Of a DNA stretch of 64,000 bases, positions 63,995 to 64,000 are shown piece by piece. The notes under the pieces were generated by a model. The model saw only the letters and a list, made by a program, of their open reading frames with translations, had not been told where the DNA came from and made no database searches. The translations under genes were made by a program, and so were the position numbers. The stretch is from a virus: positions 128,001 through 192,000 of IMG/VR virus record IMGVR_UViG_3300045004_000088; one strand, written 5' to 3'. Position 1 is the stretch's first letter. Every line of letters begins with the position of its first letter.

Positions 63995-64000
63995 CTCACG

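Noticed and set aside
1-64000. CRISPR arrays, integrase/att sites, transposases
   Set aside because: No regularly spaced direct repeats and no integrase- or transposase-like ORFs seen. Only homing-endonuclease-type mobile genes are present.

Overview
This window looks like a contiguous piece of a large (jumbo-like) tailed phage genome with a contractile tail, probably infecting a GC-rich host (possibly a planctomycete; see the TIGR02996-like protein at 12044). Several claims below should be checked by search.

Recognisable content, in order:
- Left end (1-3744): a 5'-partial SDR epimerase and a TPR-glycosyltransferase, which may be phage-carried surface-glycan genes or host flank.
- 6894-10015: a tRNA-repair-like module, a tRNA-binding-domain::Rnl2-type RNA ligase plus a Thg1-like 3'-5' nucleotidyltransferase.
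- 10287-11955: a uracil-DNA glycosylase remnant truncated by a low-GC insert carrying a NUMOD3-motif protein.
- Two Nudix hydrolases (12406, 36140), a macro-domain protein (35204) and an HAD phosphatase (45540).
- At least four HNH/NUMOD homing-endonuclease-like genes in lower-GC islands.
- Structural block (14108-35168): tail sheath and four T4 gp19-family tail-tube paralogs, one of them frameshifted.
- 26594-30569: a T4 gp55-like sigma factor inside a five-to-six-gene antisense cassette between the tube genes.
- 31754-31760: a candidate -1 ribosomal frameshift site.
- 38668-43072: a DGQHR/ParB-like protein followed by a MoxR-type AAA+ ATPase and a VWA/HExxH partner.
- 46797-57487: a class II glutamine amidotransferase, CTP synthase, class Ia RNR (nrdA/nrdB), and a gp46/gp47-like SbcC/Mre11 pair.
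- 58894-64000: a dense tRNA island of about 9-11 tRNAs (Leu, Tyr, Phe, Ser), several non-canonical. It is interleaved with HNH genes, duplicated tRNA 5' fragments and an unresolved structured RNA.

A palindromic GTATATAC-type motif recurs upstream of several genes and may be this phage's own promoter element. Coordinates of small features carry a +/-1-2 nt uncertainty.
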